Of a stretch of DNA of 64,000 nucleotides, positions 62,190 to 64,000 are shown in pieces. Made by a program: the position numbers and the translations under genes. The stretch comes from the human T2T-CHM13v2.0 reference genome, Homo sapiens. A model generated the notes under the pieces. It worked only from the letters and a program-made list of their open reading frames with translations, searched no databases and was not told the DNA's origin. Position 1 is the first letter of the stretch; each line of letters opens with the position of its first letter. The stretch lies in assembly GCF_009914755.1 (NCBI RefSeq), contig NC_060926.1; one strand, given 5' to 3'.

Positions 62190-63080
62190 GTTTGTTTTCA
62201 GCTGTGTAACCACTTATTTGCCTTCTGGCACTAAAAGCTTGCTTCAGGCTCATCTGGAGCGTTACCTGACCCATCCCTAAAATCAACCATTTCTACAAGG
62301 AGCCCTTGTTGTTTTCATTGGATAATGGTATCAGGAGCCAAACACCAGGTGATAGACATGCTCATGGCTTCCCAATTTAGACTGGAAACTGGTAAGTTTC
62401 CAGTCTAAACATCACTTTTCTGGTGTTAATTCGTTCAACTCCTTATCTCCACCCCATACAGTGAGGTCATGTTGTGTTTTTTATTCAGTTAGATTCATTT
62501 ATCATAGTCTCCATTCTATTTTGGGATCCTAGGCACTTGGTGGGTTTTTTTTAATACATTGAAGTTTATCCTTAGGGATGTACAATTTTATAGATTTTGA
62601 TAAATGCATAAAGCCATGTATCCAGCACTCCAGTATCATACAGAATTGTTCCATTACCACAAAGATTCTCTTGTGTATCCTTTTATAGTCAGCCATCCTT
62701 TCTCTACAACTAACAAGCATTGCTCTATTTTCCATTCCTTAGTTTTGCCTTTTTAGAATGTTACATGACTGGAATAATACAATATTTAATTTTTGAGTCT
62801 GGCTTTTTTCATGGAACAAAACACAATTTGATCCATGAATTCCAAGGCTGGGTCAGAAAATCTCCAAATAAGTCCAGAATATTTTGTTTTTACAAATAAA
62901 GGATGCTTTCAAAAATGCCTACAGTAGCTTTAAAAAAGCATTAAGAAGTTGCCCTGATGGAAAGATCAAGTAGTGACCACTTAAATGTTAAATATAATAA
63001 ATATTTATAGCTAACTAGAACCAGTAAAGTTTGTAAGGAACCATTAATTCATAATGATACTCAAAATGAACAAATAATAT
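62190..63080. mobile_element. Old L1MC-type fragments
   Basis: aatcaaccatttctacaaggagccc; gattttgataaatgcata...cagtatcatacagaat. Confidence 0.6.
62376..62409. repeat. Perfect 15-bp stem, 4-nt loop palindrome
   Basis: tttagactggaaact-ggta-agtttccagtctaaa. Confidence 0.92.
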
Positions 63081-64000
63081 AAAATATACCAGAGAAAAAT
63101 CATACTGACCCAAATTATTCATGCTTACTCCTTGCTAAAAAAAATGAATTATTGAATTTTTAAATGAAATGCCTGTTTGTTTAGTTCATACACCTCATAC
63201 TCCCTAATAAATTATTCAAATACTTACCATAATAATAGGAATTAAAACTTGTTTCTGCTATTTTGCCAGAGATATGTAGACCTACGCAGCTTATGTTCCA
63301 ATTAAAATGAATCATTGACAAGGAAATTAACTACAGAATTGAATCTAAACAGCCTGCGCCTTTGAGAGACTGGCTGGTTATAGAAAGTAGTACTGTTTGA
63401 TTCACCTAGTCTTAAAACACACACTTGAAATATTTCATAGTTCATTGTACCTAGTGAGCACAGTCAAATAATCATATTCTCTAGAATGACTGGGAAGGGA
63501 ATTAGTTCAGGAAGGAAAAAGAACAGAAAACACACTTGAGCAAACAGTAGAAAAGCTGTGGCACTGAGGACAGTCCTTACCCTATTTTTCATGTCAGCAC
63601 CTGTGTGTCTCTGTAATGAACTCTGGAGTTCGTAGGGTGTCTTTATCTCTACTGAGATTTGTTCTATGTGGTTTCTTCCCTAGAAAATCATCTCCATAAA
63701 TTTCCATACCCTTTACCATTAAAGTAACTTTCATTCATCTTCAACTTTTGCTTCCTCTATTCTCTCCTTAAAAATCTTTGCATTTATCCCACCAGGTATA
63801 AATTTTGATTACCATACAATTATTATTTTAAAAAACTAAAGATGAAAATAAAAATAAACCAAAGCAAAGGAATGAAGTGCCCAAGAGATATCAAGGACTT
63901 AGGTAAGAAACAAAAGGTTAACTGGTAATCTAATGCAGTAGCTGATATTTTAAATTCACAAAATTGATCAACCATTAGGTAGCCTAATAAATCATAAAAA

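Overview
AT-rich, CpG-poor primate (human/great-ape-like) genomic DNA with no recognisable cellular protein-coding gene, RNA gene or CRISPR array. Every long ORF is retroelement-derived. The window holds three L1 elements of different ages plus old L1M/L2/MIR fragments, about nine Alus, MaLR LTRs, two Tigger MITEs, a 5'-truncated ERV1 provirus and a dense cluster of ERV1 solo LTRs, including a HERV-H LTR7. The most informative structure is at 7544-10075. It is a young L1PA2-type insertion nested in an older L1, bounded by a perfect 15-bp TSD, with a twin-priming 5' inversion and a ~1 kb 3'-transduced non-L1 segment that has its own AATAAA and poly(A) tail. It may record two rounds of transduction, and the inversion puts a new in-frame ATG on an intact ORF2p C-terminus. 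There are also several template-switch-like inverted and direct duplications, and candidate + strand exons downstream of an L1 antisense promoter. Subfamily names come from recalled consensus features and need RepeatMasker/Dfam confirmation. I found no evidence for a wholly new gene system.
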